DNA from: Nemertoderma westbladi
Taxonomy: Eukaryota; Animalia; Xenacoelomorpha
NCBI GenBank assembly: GCA_032718475.1
Contig: JAUCBJ010008826.1
Coordinates: forward strand, 1-64,000
DNA: 64,000 nucleotides
Direction: 5' to 3'
Shown piece by piece: positions 1 through 11,387 of the stretch. Under the pieces are notes generated by a model, which saw only the letters and a program-made list of their open reading frames with translations, had not been told where the DNA came from and did not search any database. The translations under genes were made by a program, and so were the position numbers. The number at the start of each line of letters is the position of its first letter. Position 1 is the stretch's first letter.

Positions 1-163
1 TTACGGAGGACGATGGTCGTTATATCGAACCGCCGATGTCCCAGGAACAACTTACGCGTGAATTGGACTATAGAAAATTCACCGCTCGCTATACGAATCG
101 TAATGGTACGTATATGGACTTCTTAACTACCGGCCATCCTACCGATTTACATGATATGGAAAT

Positions 164-2425
164 GTGGAGACGTATACCACTCGATACATGAAGTATAGTG
201 ATCTCCCTGACGCTAATCAATGCGCCACCTTGTGGCATCCAGTAGGGATGACCCTCGAGAACGCCACCAAAGAGGGGAATGAAACTCTTAATATCATTGA
301 GATGTATGGCGTTGTTACTTACGATAACGAAGGTAGCGTTCCAATCGGAGAATTAGGAACTACGCGCATGATACACATACGCGGATTAGCTGGTTCCACT
401 CATGTGTTTACGCGAGCGTGTTCCGACGTGATAGATTATTCCTTTGAAACTCTCACCGAAACGCAAAAGAATCTCCGACATGGACAATTCGAACTCGCGC
501 AGCGTTACGTCATTGACACCGAACGCAAACCGGCCATGGGTATCGATGGATCGATGTTACCCCAGCCCGTTCTCGAGATGTTATTCAACGAAAGAATCAT
601 TAAACTCGGCTCAGCTGTTTACGGAGATCTCCAAAACGACTTTCGGAATATGGAAAATATCCCCTATCCTTTCGTGGATACTCAGCTGATAGCTCCTTGG
701 GCCGAAGGCCGAGGTTTCTTTCGCACCATGTATGCTAATGCGTCTAGCAACATTACAAAGGTGCAACGAACTTCCATCGGACATCTTGCTTTTCAGGAAT
801 ACGGATGGAATTTCAAGGTCGGAAATCCCATCAACTATCAACAAGTATACGGAGACCATTATTCTCGATTATACTTTGACGGACCGTTGACCGCACCTGG
901 CGCCGTGTATAGCTTCATGAGTGTTCCACTCCGCCCCTCCTTAGCTATCTACACGATCTTCGAAAACACCGCACTTTCCGGTTGGCTAGCCGATGTGTGC
1001 AGTCGTACTATACGCGCCCATCCATTAATCCTTGGGACCAAACTCGCTAAGCTAGATGAACATAATAAATTCATCCGCTTTGAATGTTTCCGACGATTTT
1101 TAACCCCGTTTCGCAACGTGGATAGCCAATTCAAAGACCGCGCTTTGACCAAGCTCAGCTTAAGAGACTCGGCTGCGGAGAAGTTAGATAGCGCTGGATT
1201 TGCTATTTTCAAAGACATTTGTATAATAAACCTGCACTCCTCTGTTATCCAAAGACCTCGAATCCCCACAGGTTATTCTGTCGTGGAAATTCAGACGGTA
1301 GGTCCACTTGAGGAGACGGCCATGCCTACCTCAACTATACAAGGGGAAGACGAACCCATATGTTTAGAATCTGAAGAGATTCAGCCCCCCACGTCTCGGA
1401 GTAGCGATAGCGACTACATATTGGAATGGTATCAAGGTCCACAGTGTCTTACTGCGTATGATTATCGCCATGCCAGTTATGTTTCTCGACAACGTTGTCG
1501 GCTGTGCGCATCGAGAGACCATATTACGTCTATGGACACCAACGATCTCTGTTCCTATTTCCACGAGCAACCGTCGATGGAAATCTATTGTGCATATTGT
1601 CGGCTTAATAATTTGCACATTTTTGCTGTCTGCCCCCAATTTATGACTCAATGCCATCATTGTCAATTAAAAGGACACGCCAGCTTTGATTGTCCCTTTA
1701 ATCATGATTTAGAGAGCGTAGATGAAATGATTGTACTACGTTATATCAGAGCTTGGGAAGCGAACGCTGATTTACATTGTGATTCACGCCATCGCTATTA
1801 CCCTGGACGCGCTTACGAAGGAGTTTATGCGTTCCATCCTTATTTGTTTGCCTCCGTCGAGCAGAAATCACGCCTATCAAGTTATGAACTACTGAAGCGC
1901 GTTGGAGAATGTATTTCAACCAAATATGTACGCAAATTTCTCAGGAGCATTAATCCGAGTGACATCTATTCTTACAACTTAATAAACTTTATCCGTCAAG
2001 ACCCTGCCTATGGAGACTTATTTGTCAACTCACACCCCGAGTTACAGGAAGTATATCGACGGCCTTACGAGTACCGAGCCTGCGAACGCGAGTTGGAAAG
2101 AACCATTAAACCAAGGAAGTTTCTAACTGCCTATGGTCCACCCACGGCCCTCGTTCAGACCACTCGTACAGGACCCGTAAGAGCGGCTGTCTTGAAACGA
2201 GCTCTCAAAGCCGTTAGACCCCTCTCCCCGGACGTTGATGTCAATCAACCCGGTACTTCGACCGGCGGATATACCGATCGTAATCCCATACCTTCTGATG
2301 CAATCATATTGCACCCTTCACCCAGGAGTTATAGCCCTCCTCGTAAAGTGGCTCGCCCCAAAGAGAAAAGGACTCTTGCTAGCTTTAAAAAACTGCGTAA
2401 ACGCCGTCCACGCAAGAAAGACTAA
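164..2425 (+). CDS. C-terminal half of the retrotransposon extra ORF: DEDDy-like 3'-5' exonuclease-type domain, CCHC zinc knuckles, basic NLS-like tail
   Basis: Motifs VVTYDNEG (ExoI-like), LPQPVLEMLFNERIIKLGSAVYGDL (ExoII-like), FVDTQLIA and PLTAPGAVYSFMS (ExoIII-like). Knuckles CAYC-x5-H-x4-C and CHHC-x4-H-x4-C; tail KKLRKRRPRKKD. It is cut off from its N-terminus (1-160, different frame) by a ~1.7-kb deletion. Confidence 0.7.
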   Translation: METYTTRYMKYSDLPDANQCATLWHPVGMTLENATKEGNETLNIIEMYGVVTYDNEGSVPIGELGTTRMIHIRGLAGSTHVFTRACSDVIDYSFETLTETQKNLRHGQFELAQRYVIDTERKPAMGIDGSMLPQPVLEMLFNERIIKLGSAVYGDLQNDFRNMENIPYPFVDTQLIAPWAEGRGFFRTMYANASSNITKVQRTSIGHLAFQEYGWNFKVGNPINYQQVYGDHYSRLYFDGPLTAPGAVYSFMSVPLRPSLAIYTIFENTALSGWLADVCSRTIRAHPLILGTKLAKLDEHNKFIRFECFRRFLTPFRNVDSQFKDRALTKLSLRDSAAEKLDSAGFAIFKDICIINLHSSVIQRPRIPTGYSVVEIQTVGPLEETAMPTSTIQGEDEPICLESEEIQPPTSRSSDSDYILEWYQGPQCLTAYDYRHASYVSRQRCRLCASRDHITSMDTNDLCSYFHEQPSMEIYCAYCRLNNLHIFAVCPQFMTQCHHCQLKGHASFDCPFNHDLESVDEMIVLRYIRAWEANADLHCDSRHRYYPGRAYEGVYAFHPYLFASVEQKSRLSSYELLKRVGECISTKYVRKFLRSINPSDIYSYNLINFIRQDPAYGDLFVNSHPELQEVYRRPYEYRACERELERTIKPRKFLTAYGPPTALVQTTRTGPVRAAVLKRALKAVRPLSPDVDVNQPGTSTGGYTDRNPIPSDAIILHPSPRSYSPPRKVARPKEKRTLASFKKLRKRRPRKKD

Positions 2426-2503
2426 CTGTTTAGAGTATTTTTATATTTTAGAAACTGTGATTTTGTATATTTTATAGACTTAAATCCCATTTTCTGGGAG
2501 CGG

Positions 2504-3723
2504 TGTAAAAGCTTTTGTGGGATAACTGATTCGTTTGCCTTGCTGGCCAGTTCCCCCCCGGTCGCTAGAATACTCTAAAAGGGATCTATAGCTAAAATAG
2601 TGCAAGCTACCAGCTTATTGGCTGATGGGCTGTACGAAGGTATCTGGGTTCTGTTCGATCGGCCAACCAGCTTAGGGAGGTTGCCTCAGCCCTGCTGTCC
2701 GTATCGGCCAATAGAATTTGAGTGGGCGTTGATTTTGACCTATCCCAGAGCTACTGAACTGAATTTCCTATCTGTATGCTCATCCTCTGTGTTGGACGGG
2801 AGCTTCGGGGAATAAGGGTAGTTGGTATCCTCGTATAGTCAGGTAGTCATATGATTCTTTATATGATTCTGTTGTTGTGTTCCCATTTTTCGCCAGACCA
2901 CCGGCTTTTGGGAAGAACTCTAGTAAAACTGCTTAAATTATCGAAAGTATAACTGTTAACTAACTCAATCAACCAACTGGTCTAATTAACGCACTATTAA
3001 TCATATAATTCTCCCGAACTTTACTTATTAATTATATTGTTTGTACTGTTATTTACCGTCAGTTATTAATTGTATCTATTTGTTGATGAAATATTGACCT
3101 TTGGAGAATACGGATAAATCACCCAAAATTCCCAATTTTCTTGATACACTACAGGTTAGAGAGACAGGCTATATATAACAATTGCGATTTATATCAATGT
3201 GGTGTGTATTGAATCTAATGTTATTTAGCAGACCCTACATGAGTCAATTGCCGCTCTCTTTATGTGTGATCAAATTTACTGACGGTCGGCAGAATAGTGT
3301 GCATGATTGTGATTGGTAACAAAGCATTTCCTAAAGAATGCGCCTTATACTTTAATTATAAGCAGTATCGTTGCGTTTAGTATAAGTCCTAGCTCTGTTT
3401 AAATAGATAGAGCGCCACGTCCTAAAGGAACTGTTAATATTTCCCGAAAGCCAATAATATCTGTCAGAAATTAATTATTAACGATCAATCGAATAATACA
3501 GTAGGTTTACACTGCAACCTTACACTGCAATAATAAAATTTAAGCAGCCGAATTCAGCCTCCCGGGTGTATCCATCGGGTGAATGATCGCGCATGGGCTG
3601 GCTTCGGTTAATGTTTTGTTTATTAGCATAAAATATTGTCGTATGCTAAAGGTGTGTTAATTAACTAAAAGACATATAAATTTTGGCAGGTTAAACTGCT
3701 AAAGGTCTTCAAAAGCGCGAACA
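2504..3723 (+). repeat. 3' LTR of copy 1 (divergent U3 variant)
   Basis: TGT...ACA termini. The 3' ~700 bp is homologous to the other LTRs, while ~2520-2900 is not alignable by eye. Confidence 0.88.
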
Positions 3724-4056
3724 GATGAAGGCGGTTAATGAAATCTAGATTTCATTCCAAAGACGAAAAATAAAGCTGACGGAGGTGGCTAAATATTGCG
3801 AAATAGACGATATTTAACGGCTTGTTGTATCGAAATAGCTCATAAATTAAAAAATCCGGCCAGGCCACCAGTAAGAATAGGTGTCGATCTGTCATCATAC
3901 CAAAAATTTCGTAGCATTTTAATAAAATTTGAAAAAAATTTGGGGGGGGGGGGGGGCTCCGACCCCCTAAAAATGGTTGTTGTATTAAGGGTTATGGTGT
4001 ATATTATACATACACAAACACATCTCTTACATTATAAGGTTTAATTTAACAAAAAG

Positions 4057-7000
4057 GTCAGGTCAGGTCAGGTATTCTAGGTCATTGATCAAGAAAACTT
4101 GCCACCTCCATGCAGCATAAAGGAGGTGCCACCTGTAGCTGCACAGACCCTCTTATTAGGGCAAATCTGGTCCTGTAACTAGGACCCCCTTCGTTCTGGG
4201 ATAAGGACGCCGTTGGTCCTGGATTAAGGACCCATATACTTGGCTGCAGGGGTATATGGCCTGGCCAGGCATATGGTGATCTACCAATGGCTGGTCAGGA
4301 GTAGAGTGTTCTCATGTCCACTCTGAGTACACTTCACTGCGACCTGCACCTGACAGCAGGGGTACAGTGCATGACCCAGCAGATGAGCTGCACAGCCAAT
4401 GGTGGGTCATGTGCGTCAGAGTAGATATGGGTGATTGGCCTCATATCTGACTCCACTGCGACACCCACCCTGTGGAACGGCAAACCAGGGTGTGGTATTT
4501 GCCCCGAGAGCTGACTCGGCAAAAAAGCACCCCCCAACCCCCCACTATGGATTACATTAGTAATGCGGAGGTCCGGCCACTAGAGGCCAGTGGAATTACC
4601 GGACACAATCGGCCTCGCAGGCGTCAGTTATCTCCTGACTGGCTGCCTGTCTCACCCCCTACTGGAGAGAGAGAAGCCAACAATTCTTTGAGTCCCTTTC
4701 ATGATGACCTTTCTGGCCCAAACACTGGATCACCAGGGAGGCCAGATTGTGAGGGGGAGAGGGATTCTGGAGTTGGAGGCTACTCTCATGTTCCACCCCG
4801 ACCAACAAGGCCATTGGTGAATCTGAGGCAAGTCACTAGACTAGCCTCAGTAAACACCCTAACACTCGGTTCCCCAATGCGACAAGGTGAGCTGACTGCC
4901 TTGGCAGATAAGCTTTCTCTTAGCGCAGTGGGTGTTCAAGAGCACCGAATGCAGACTTGACAGACTGATGAGGTTCTGATTAAGGACATGGGGGGCGGTT
5001 GGCGACTCGCCCTCGCGTCAGCAGATGATAGTGGCAATGGTGGTATTGGTCTATTGATGAATCCAACTGCGCATGCAGCATTGGACAAAATAGACCAAAT
5101 CTCTAACCGCATCATCCGTTGCCACTTCTCATGTTCTGGAAGACTGGCTAAGAAGTTTCCTAAGGTGGTTCTGATTGTGTGCTACTCTCCAACTAGGGTT
5201 GCCCCTGTAGAGGAGGTGGAAAATTCCTACCACAATCTACAAGCAGCTACTGATGGAGTGGATCAGCATGCATTCTTAACATTCCTGGGAGACTTTAATG
5301 CAAGTCTGCATCAATCACCTACATCGCCCTGGGTATATAGCAATAGTGTCAACCGAATTTCCGTCCATCTTCAGGATTTTATCTCTGGAAATGGATTGTT
5401 TTCGGCTGGAACCCAGTTCAAGAAGCGAACTGGAAAGCTATGGACTCATAGTGGACCCAGTGGTCACAAGTCCCAGATAGACCATATTATTCTGTTTCGT
5501 AGGAAGTACAGGAGCTCTATACAAGACTGTAATGCATTTACACTTCGACCCTTCTCCAGTGATCACCGACTTATTGTGGCCAAGGTAAGACTTAGTCTGC
5601 GTGCTAGCAGAACAACGAAATCTGCCTTGCCGCGGCATGACTAGTCCTCTCTGTTGCAACAGCCAAGTGTGAGATCCAGCTTCACACTACAGCTGAGCAA
5701 CAGGTATGAGGTTCTTGCCTCTGAGGCGGCAGATCACTGTGAGGGCTATACTGCCTTCACAGAAGCAGTTAAGTTAGCAGCTGCAGAAACAGTTCCTGTA
5801 TACCCTCGAAACAGGAAAAGGGCCCCCTGGACTGAAAACAAAATCCAGAAGTGCCGAAATGACCTATATAAGGCGCAGAAAGAGTCCCGACTCAAACAGA
5901 CTACAGCGGCCAAGAATGCAGTTTAGGCTGCATCTAGGTCCCTGAACAGGCAGTACTCTGTTAATCTACAGGAGCTAATAAACCAACAGGTTGATGCCAT
6001 CAATGATGCTGACGACAGCAGGCAATCATCCCAGATCGATCAACTTGCTTACTGGGCGGAAAAGCCAACCAACCACCAAGGTTAAGGCTGAATCACCAGC
6101 CGATCGCCTCAATGGTTGGAAGGCCCACTTTGAAAAGCTCCTCAATAATGACAGGGTATTGCCTGAAAACTTTATAGTAGTAAAAGTGTCTGAGTCTGTA
6201 CTCCTAGATATTCCCATTGGCGATATCTCCTTTGCAGAAGTGAAGGCTGCTGCAAAGAGCATTAAGACCAATCGTGCCAGTGGAGTAGATGGTGTTCCCC
6301 CTGAGGTCTTTAAAATACCTGAGTGTTTAAAGCTCATCTATCCCATCATAGTAGACATGTACCGTACAACAAGAGTCCCACAAGAAATGAAAACAAATAA
6401 GTTGGTGCCAGTTCCCAAGAAGGGCAACCTAACACTCTATGGTTCTTTTCGGGGAATCTCATTGATCTCGATTGCTGCAAAGCTATACAATAGAATTCTA
6501 TTAAATCGCATCAGGGATCCCATTGAGAGACTGCTCCGTGGAAATCAGAATGGGTTCCGTAAAGGTCGTGGGACCATGGAGCCCATTTTGGCACTTAGAA
6601 GGATAATTGAAGAGTTATCAAAAAAGAAAGACAGGCATCTGGCTGTTATCTTTGTTGACTTCTTCAAAGCCTTTGATTTAGTCTCCCGCTCACGTATGTT
6701 CAGCATACTTTCATTATATGGGATTCCTGATGAAATTATTGCAGCAATCAGATCAGTATACGATGGTTCGACAACATTTGTGTCTACTGTTGATGGTGAC
6801 ACAAACCATTTGAAGTGTTATGGGGCGTCCTCCAGGGAGACACACTTGGACCATTCTTGTTCATAATTGTGGTTGACTATGTCCTTAGATCATCATAATG
6901 ATGATGGGGTGATGATAACTCCACCTACTGGCTCCAGAAGTCGAGGAAATCCTGCCAAGTACCTAACTGATCTAGACTTTGCTGATGACTTAGGAGTACT

Positions 7001-7300
7001 CTCAGAATCACTAGAGGGAGCCCAACGGCTCCTCAGCTCATTAGAACATGCTGCTTCTAGTCTAGGACCAGCCAGTGCATAATCTTGTACTTTGGCAGCC
7101 TCATGGAATGAATAAGCATGGTGGACAGCCCATGACTTTTTTGAGACGCATCTTAAAGGACACTGGCCTTGAAGATGTGGATGATCTAGCAAATGTCATG
7201 GGTGATAGGGAGTTGTGGCGGCGCGATTTTCTCGACAAGCAGGCACAGCATTCTTAAAAATGCAGCTGCAATGCAGCATGCCGATGCTAGTAGTAGTAGT
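4057..7300 (+). mobile_element. RTE-like non-LTR retrotransposon (APE endonuclease + RT), decayed and internally deleted
   Basis: 20-bp TSD AGGTTTAATTTAACAAAAAG (4037-4056 / 7301-7320) and a (TAG)n tail. APE motifs GDFNA, QIDHI and SDHRL; RT motifs QNGFRKGR, FVDFFKAFD and DFADD. Confidence 0.92.
4472..7257 (+). pseudogene. Fragmented APE-RT ORF of the RTE-like LINE
   Basis: ORF pieces 4472-4960, 4988-5644, 5654-5926, 5991-6866, 6867-7082 and 7075-7257 are separated by stops or frameshifts. The sequence jumps from just after FADD to the C-terminal LVLWQP motif. Confidence 0.88.
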
Positions 7301-8147
7301 AGGTTTAATTTAACAAAAAGAAGGAAGATACAATGATGCAGTGGGTATTTCTGGGGCGCTGAGGGCAGTGGGTATTGTTGGTGCGGGTCGCGGGTGTTCT
7401 TTAGTTAACAGTAGTGGTTAACAATTGAGAAATTTTCATCACTATCTCTTCTTAATAAGCTGTGCAGCCCCCACCCCCCCGTTTTAGTTTCCATTCACTC
7501 CCCGAATATTTTATTGCGTTGTTTAAATCATTTAATACCATAGTATGAAAGGGACTGAGATAACATATCTTCAATGTTTCTAATTGTTGAAATTAATTTT
7601 GTACAATGTATTGTTTATGCGAAATAATAAACAATTTTGAATGAATCAATTCCCAGAACATAATAATCAAAATGAGATATGTAACGACGTATGTTTGGAG
7701 AGTATAATTAATTTTGTAGGGATCAGGTGATTTTTAGCAACTTATTAGGAAAGTGACTCATTTTTAGTTGTTGTTTTATTTTTTATTGTGCAAGTGACTC
7801 ATTGGGCAAATGGCATATTGGGCAAGCATCGAAGCTTATTAAGAAGAGATAGTGATGAAAATTTATCAATTGTTAACCACTATTGTTAACTAAAGAACAC
7901 CCGCGACCCGCTCCAACAACAATACCCACTGCCCTCGGCGCCCCAGAAATACACACTTCATCTTTGTATCTTCTTTTTGTTAAATTAAACCTTATAATGT
8001 AAGTGATGTGTTTGTGTATGTATAATATACTGTAATACAGTATTACAATGAATTAACATATTGCCAATATTAAATTTGAACCATTTTAATTGTCTACAAA
8101 CACCTCATTATATTATACACATTAAGCGAAATTGTAGGGGACTAATA

Positions 8148-8935
8148 TATTGGGCAAGTGGCCTAATGGACAAATGGCCTATTGGGCAAGTGACCTAATG
8201 GACAAGTGGCCTATTGGGCAAGTGACCTAATGGACAAGTGGCCTATTGGGCAAGTGACCTAATGGACAAGTGGCCTATTGGGTAAGTTACCTAATGGACA
8301 AGTGGCCTATTGGGCAAGTGACCTATTGGGCAAGTGACCTATTAGGCAAGTGACCTAATGGACAAGTGGCCTATTGGGCAAGTGACCTAATGGACAAGTG
8401 GCCTATTGGGCAAGTGGCCTAATGGACAAGTGGCCTATTGGGCAAGTGACCTAATGGACAAGTGGCCTATTGGGCAAGTGACCTAATGGACAAGTGGCCT
8501 ATTGGGCAAGTGACCAAATGGACAAGTGGCCTATTGGGTAAGTTACCTAATGGACAAGTGGCCTATTGGGAAAGTGACCTAATGGACAAGTGGCCTATTG
8601 GGCAAGTGGCCTAATGGACAAGTGGCCTATTGGGCAAGTGACCTAATGGACAAGTGGCCTATTGGGCAAGTGGCCTAATGGACAAGTGGCCTATTGGGCA
8701 AGTGACCTAATGGACAAGTGGCCTATTGGGCAAGTGACCTAATGGACAAGTGGCCTATTGGGCAAGTGACCTAATGGACAAGTGGCCTATTGGGTAAGTT
8801 ACCTAATGGACAAGTGGCCTATTGGGAAAGTGACCTAATGGACAAGTGGCCTATTGGGAAAGTGACCTAATGGACAAGTGGCCTATTGGGCAAGTGACCT
8901 AATGGACAAGTGGCCTATTGGGCAAGTGGCATTGG
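8148..8935. repeat. Minisatellite of 16-bp monomers in a 32-bp dimer (TGGCCTATTGGGCAAG / TGACCTAATGGACAAG)
   Basis: Tandem array seen directly in the sequence. Confidence 0.95.
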
Positions 8936-9078
8936 GCGAGTGACAGTATACCAACATAACGGTCAGCACGAAATTGGTCAGTAGGTTGGGCAGTCTGTCG
9001 GGTGATTGATTGGGTTGGTTGGTCGATGGTTGTTCGCTCGGTTCTTACATTAATAAAGTCTACGACCTGCTACAATAC

Positions 9079-9177
9079 CTGCTGTTTGATTAATTTATCA
9101 GTTAAAAGTTCATTTTCTGCTTTCATCCGTGACATATCCTCATTCATATGTATCGTAACTTCAGTCAGATCATTTAA
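9079..9177 (-). CDS. Putative host-gene exon 3 (33 aa, coiled-coil-like: LNDLTEVTIHMNEDMSRMKAENELLTDKLIKQQ)
   Basis: Acceptor TTCTATTTTGCAG, donor CAG|GTATTG, 99 bp, open in phase 0. Confidence 0.6.
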
Positions 9178-9671
9178 CTGCAAAATAGAATGAAATAATA
9201 TTATAGATGATATTTTCAATATGATGATTGTATATGATGTAATTTACTCAAAGTTTAAAATAAATAATTGGGTAGTAGGAGTAGCAAGGAAACAAGATTG
9301 CATAATATATCCATCTACAGTAGATATAACTAGACCAATATGAATGCGCCTTTGCTTCGCCTTTGGTACTGAACTGGTATCTCAATGGTTATCAATGATA
9401 AAGTGTTGTTTCGGGTTAATTATACTTTGTTTTTTAGACATAATAAACACAATCTACTGATTATGTTATACTTATATTTGCACACTTATTATACATAAAC
9501 ATACGCCTATGACATCCTATTGTAAATTTTAATCTGTACTATGTAATTGTTAAATTTTAATTTGTATCTCTGAATGTCTTATACCGATTTTAATGTGTCA
9601 ATCTTGTGCACTTTTATTATACATTATGTATGTTCTTGTGCAATTTTATGTCAATTTTATTTGATTAAAAC

Positions 9672-10875
9672 AATGAAATGAAATGAAATGAAATGAAATG
9701 AAATGAAATGAAATGAAATGAAATGAAATGAAATGAAATGAAATGAAATGAAATGAAATGAAATGAAATGAAATGAAATGAAATGAAATGAAATGAAATG
9801 AAATGAAATGAAATGAAATGAAATGAAATGAAATGAAATGAAATGAAATGAAATGAAATGAAATGAAATGAAATGAAATGAAATGAAATGAAATGAAATG
9901 AAATGAAATGAAATGAAATGAAATGAAATGAAATGAAATGAAATGAAATGAAATGAAATGAAATGAAATGAAATGAAATGAAATGAAATGAAATGAAATG
10001 AAATGAAATGAAATGAAATGAAATGAAATGAAATGAAATGAAATGAAATGAAATGAAATGAAATGAAATGAAATGAAATGAAATGAAATGAAATGAAATG
10101 AAATGAAATGAAATGAAATGAAATGAAATGAAATGAAATGAAATGAAATGAAATGAAATGAAATGAAATGAAATGAAATGAAATGAAATGAAATGAAATG
10201 AAATGAAATGAAATGAAATGAAATGAAATGAAATGAAATGAAATGAAATGAAATGAAATGAAATGAAATGAAATGAAATGAAATGAAATGAAATGAAATG
10301 AAATGAAATGAAGTGAAGTGAAGTGAAATGAAATGAAATGAAATGAAATGAAATGAAATGAAATGAAATGAAATGAAATGAAATGAAATGAAATGAAATG
10401 AAATGAAATGAAATGAAATGAAATGAAATGAAATGAAATGAAATGAAATGAAATGAAATGAAATGAAATGAAATGAAATGAAATGAAATGAAATGAAATG
10501 AAATGAAATGAAATGAAATGAAATGAAATGAAATGAAATGAAATGAAATGAAATGAAATGAAATGAAATGAAATGAAATGAAATGAAATGAAATGAAATG
10601 AAATGAAATGAAATGAAATGAAATGAAATGAAATGAAATGAAATGAAATGAAATGAAATGAAATGAAATGAAATGAAATGAAATGAAATGAAATGAAATG
10701 AAATGAAATGAAATGAAATGAAATGAAATGAAATGAAATGAAATGAAATGAAATGAAATGAAATGAAATGAAATTAAATGAAATGAAATGAAATGAAATG
10801 AAATGAAATGAAATGAAATGAAATGAAATGAAATGAAATGAAATGAAATGAAATGAGATGAAATGAAATGAAATG
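9672..10875. repeat. (GAAAT)n pentanucleotide satellite, ~1.2 kb
   Basis: Near-perfect tandem array with rare GAAGT, TAAAT and GAGAT variants. Confidence 0.98.
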
Positions 10876-11387
10876 AGTTCTGACAAACATAATGGTAGAC
10901 CTTACCTAGCACCAGAAGCACTAGTGTCTTGGACTCGTTTTATCATATATATAATATTTATCTATAAATAATTTGATTCTATAAAAAACTGGACAAAATT
11001 GAAGCGTCCATAGAATTTGATCAATTGAATGAAATTCCACAGGGTAATTGAGGTTTTCAGACAAAAAAATTGGAAATTATAGTAGTGGTCAGCTTGTATA
11101 AGTAATACACCAACGTTATCAATCAATTTCCGAATGATATCTAAAATTCCACAATTGTAAAATTAAAAATTTTGAACATATGCTTGTTTAGAATATTCAT
11201 AGAATGTAATGGATAACCTTAACCATTGGAAAGCCAAAAAAGTTTTCCTTTACAAACAAGTCAATTTATATTGTCGTAATTTATTTTATTATGTATTTTA
11301 TTAATTGTTTATGGTATTGAGTAGGTCCATCTGTTGTTTAACTTATAGTTGTTGCACCTTAAATTAAAGAGCAATAATATTGACGAA

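Larger units (their letters stand above)
1..3723 (+). mobile_element. BEL/Pao-family LTR retrotransposon copy 1 (3' part: extra ORF + 3' LTR)
   Basis: The ORF is homologous to the post-pol ORF of the BEL/Pao copy at 51141-55394. It has the same pre-LTR tract CCCATTTTCTGGGAGCGG, followed by an LTR TGTAAAAGC...GCGCGAACA (2504-3723). Confidence 0.9.
4002..8028. mobile_element. Inverted ~200-bp repeat pair (MITE-like), with the left arm interrupted by the LINE
   Basis: 4002-4056 joined to 7321-7461 is the reverse complement of 7832-8028 (e.g. GCGGGTCGCGGGTGTTCTTTAGTTAAC / GTTAACTAAAGAACACCCGCGACCCGC). Confidence 0.75.

Noticed and set aside
9657-10921. 409- and 418-aa (FHFIS)n ORFs
   Set aside because: They are translations of the (GAAAT)n satellite.
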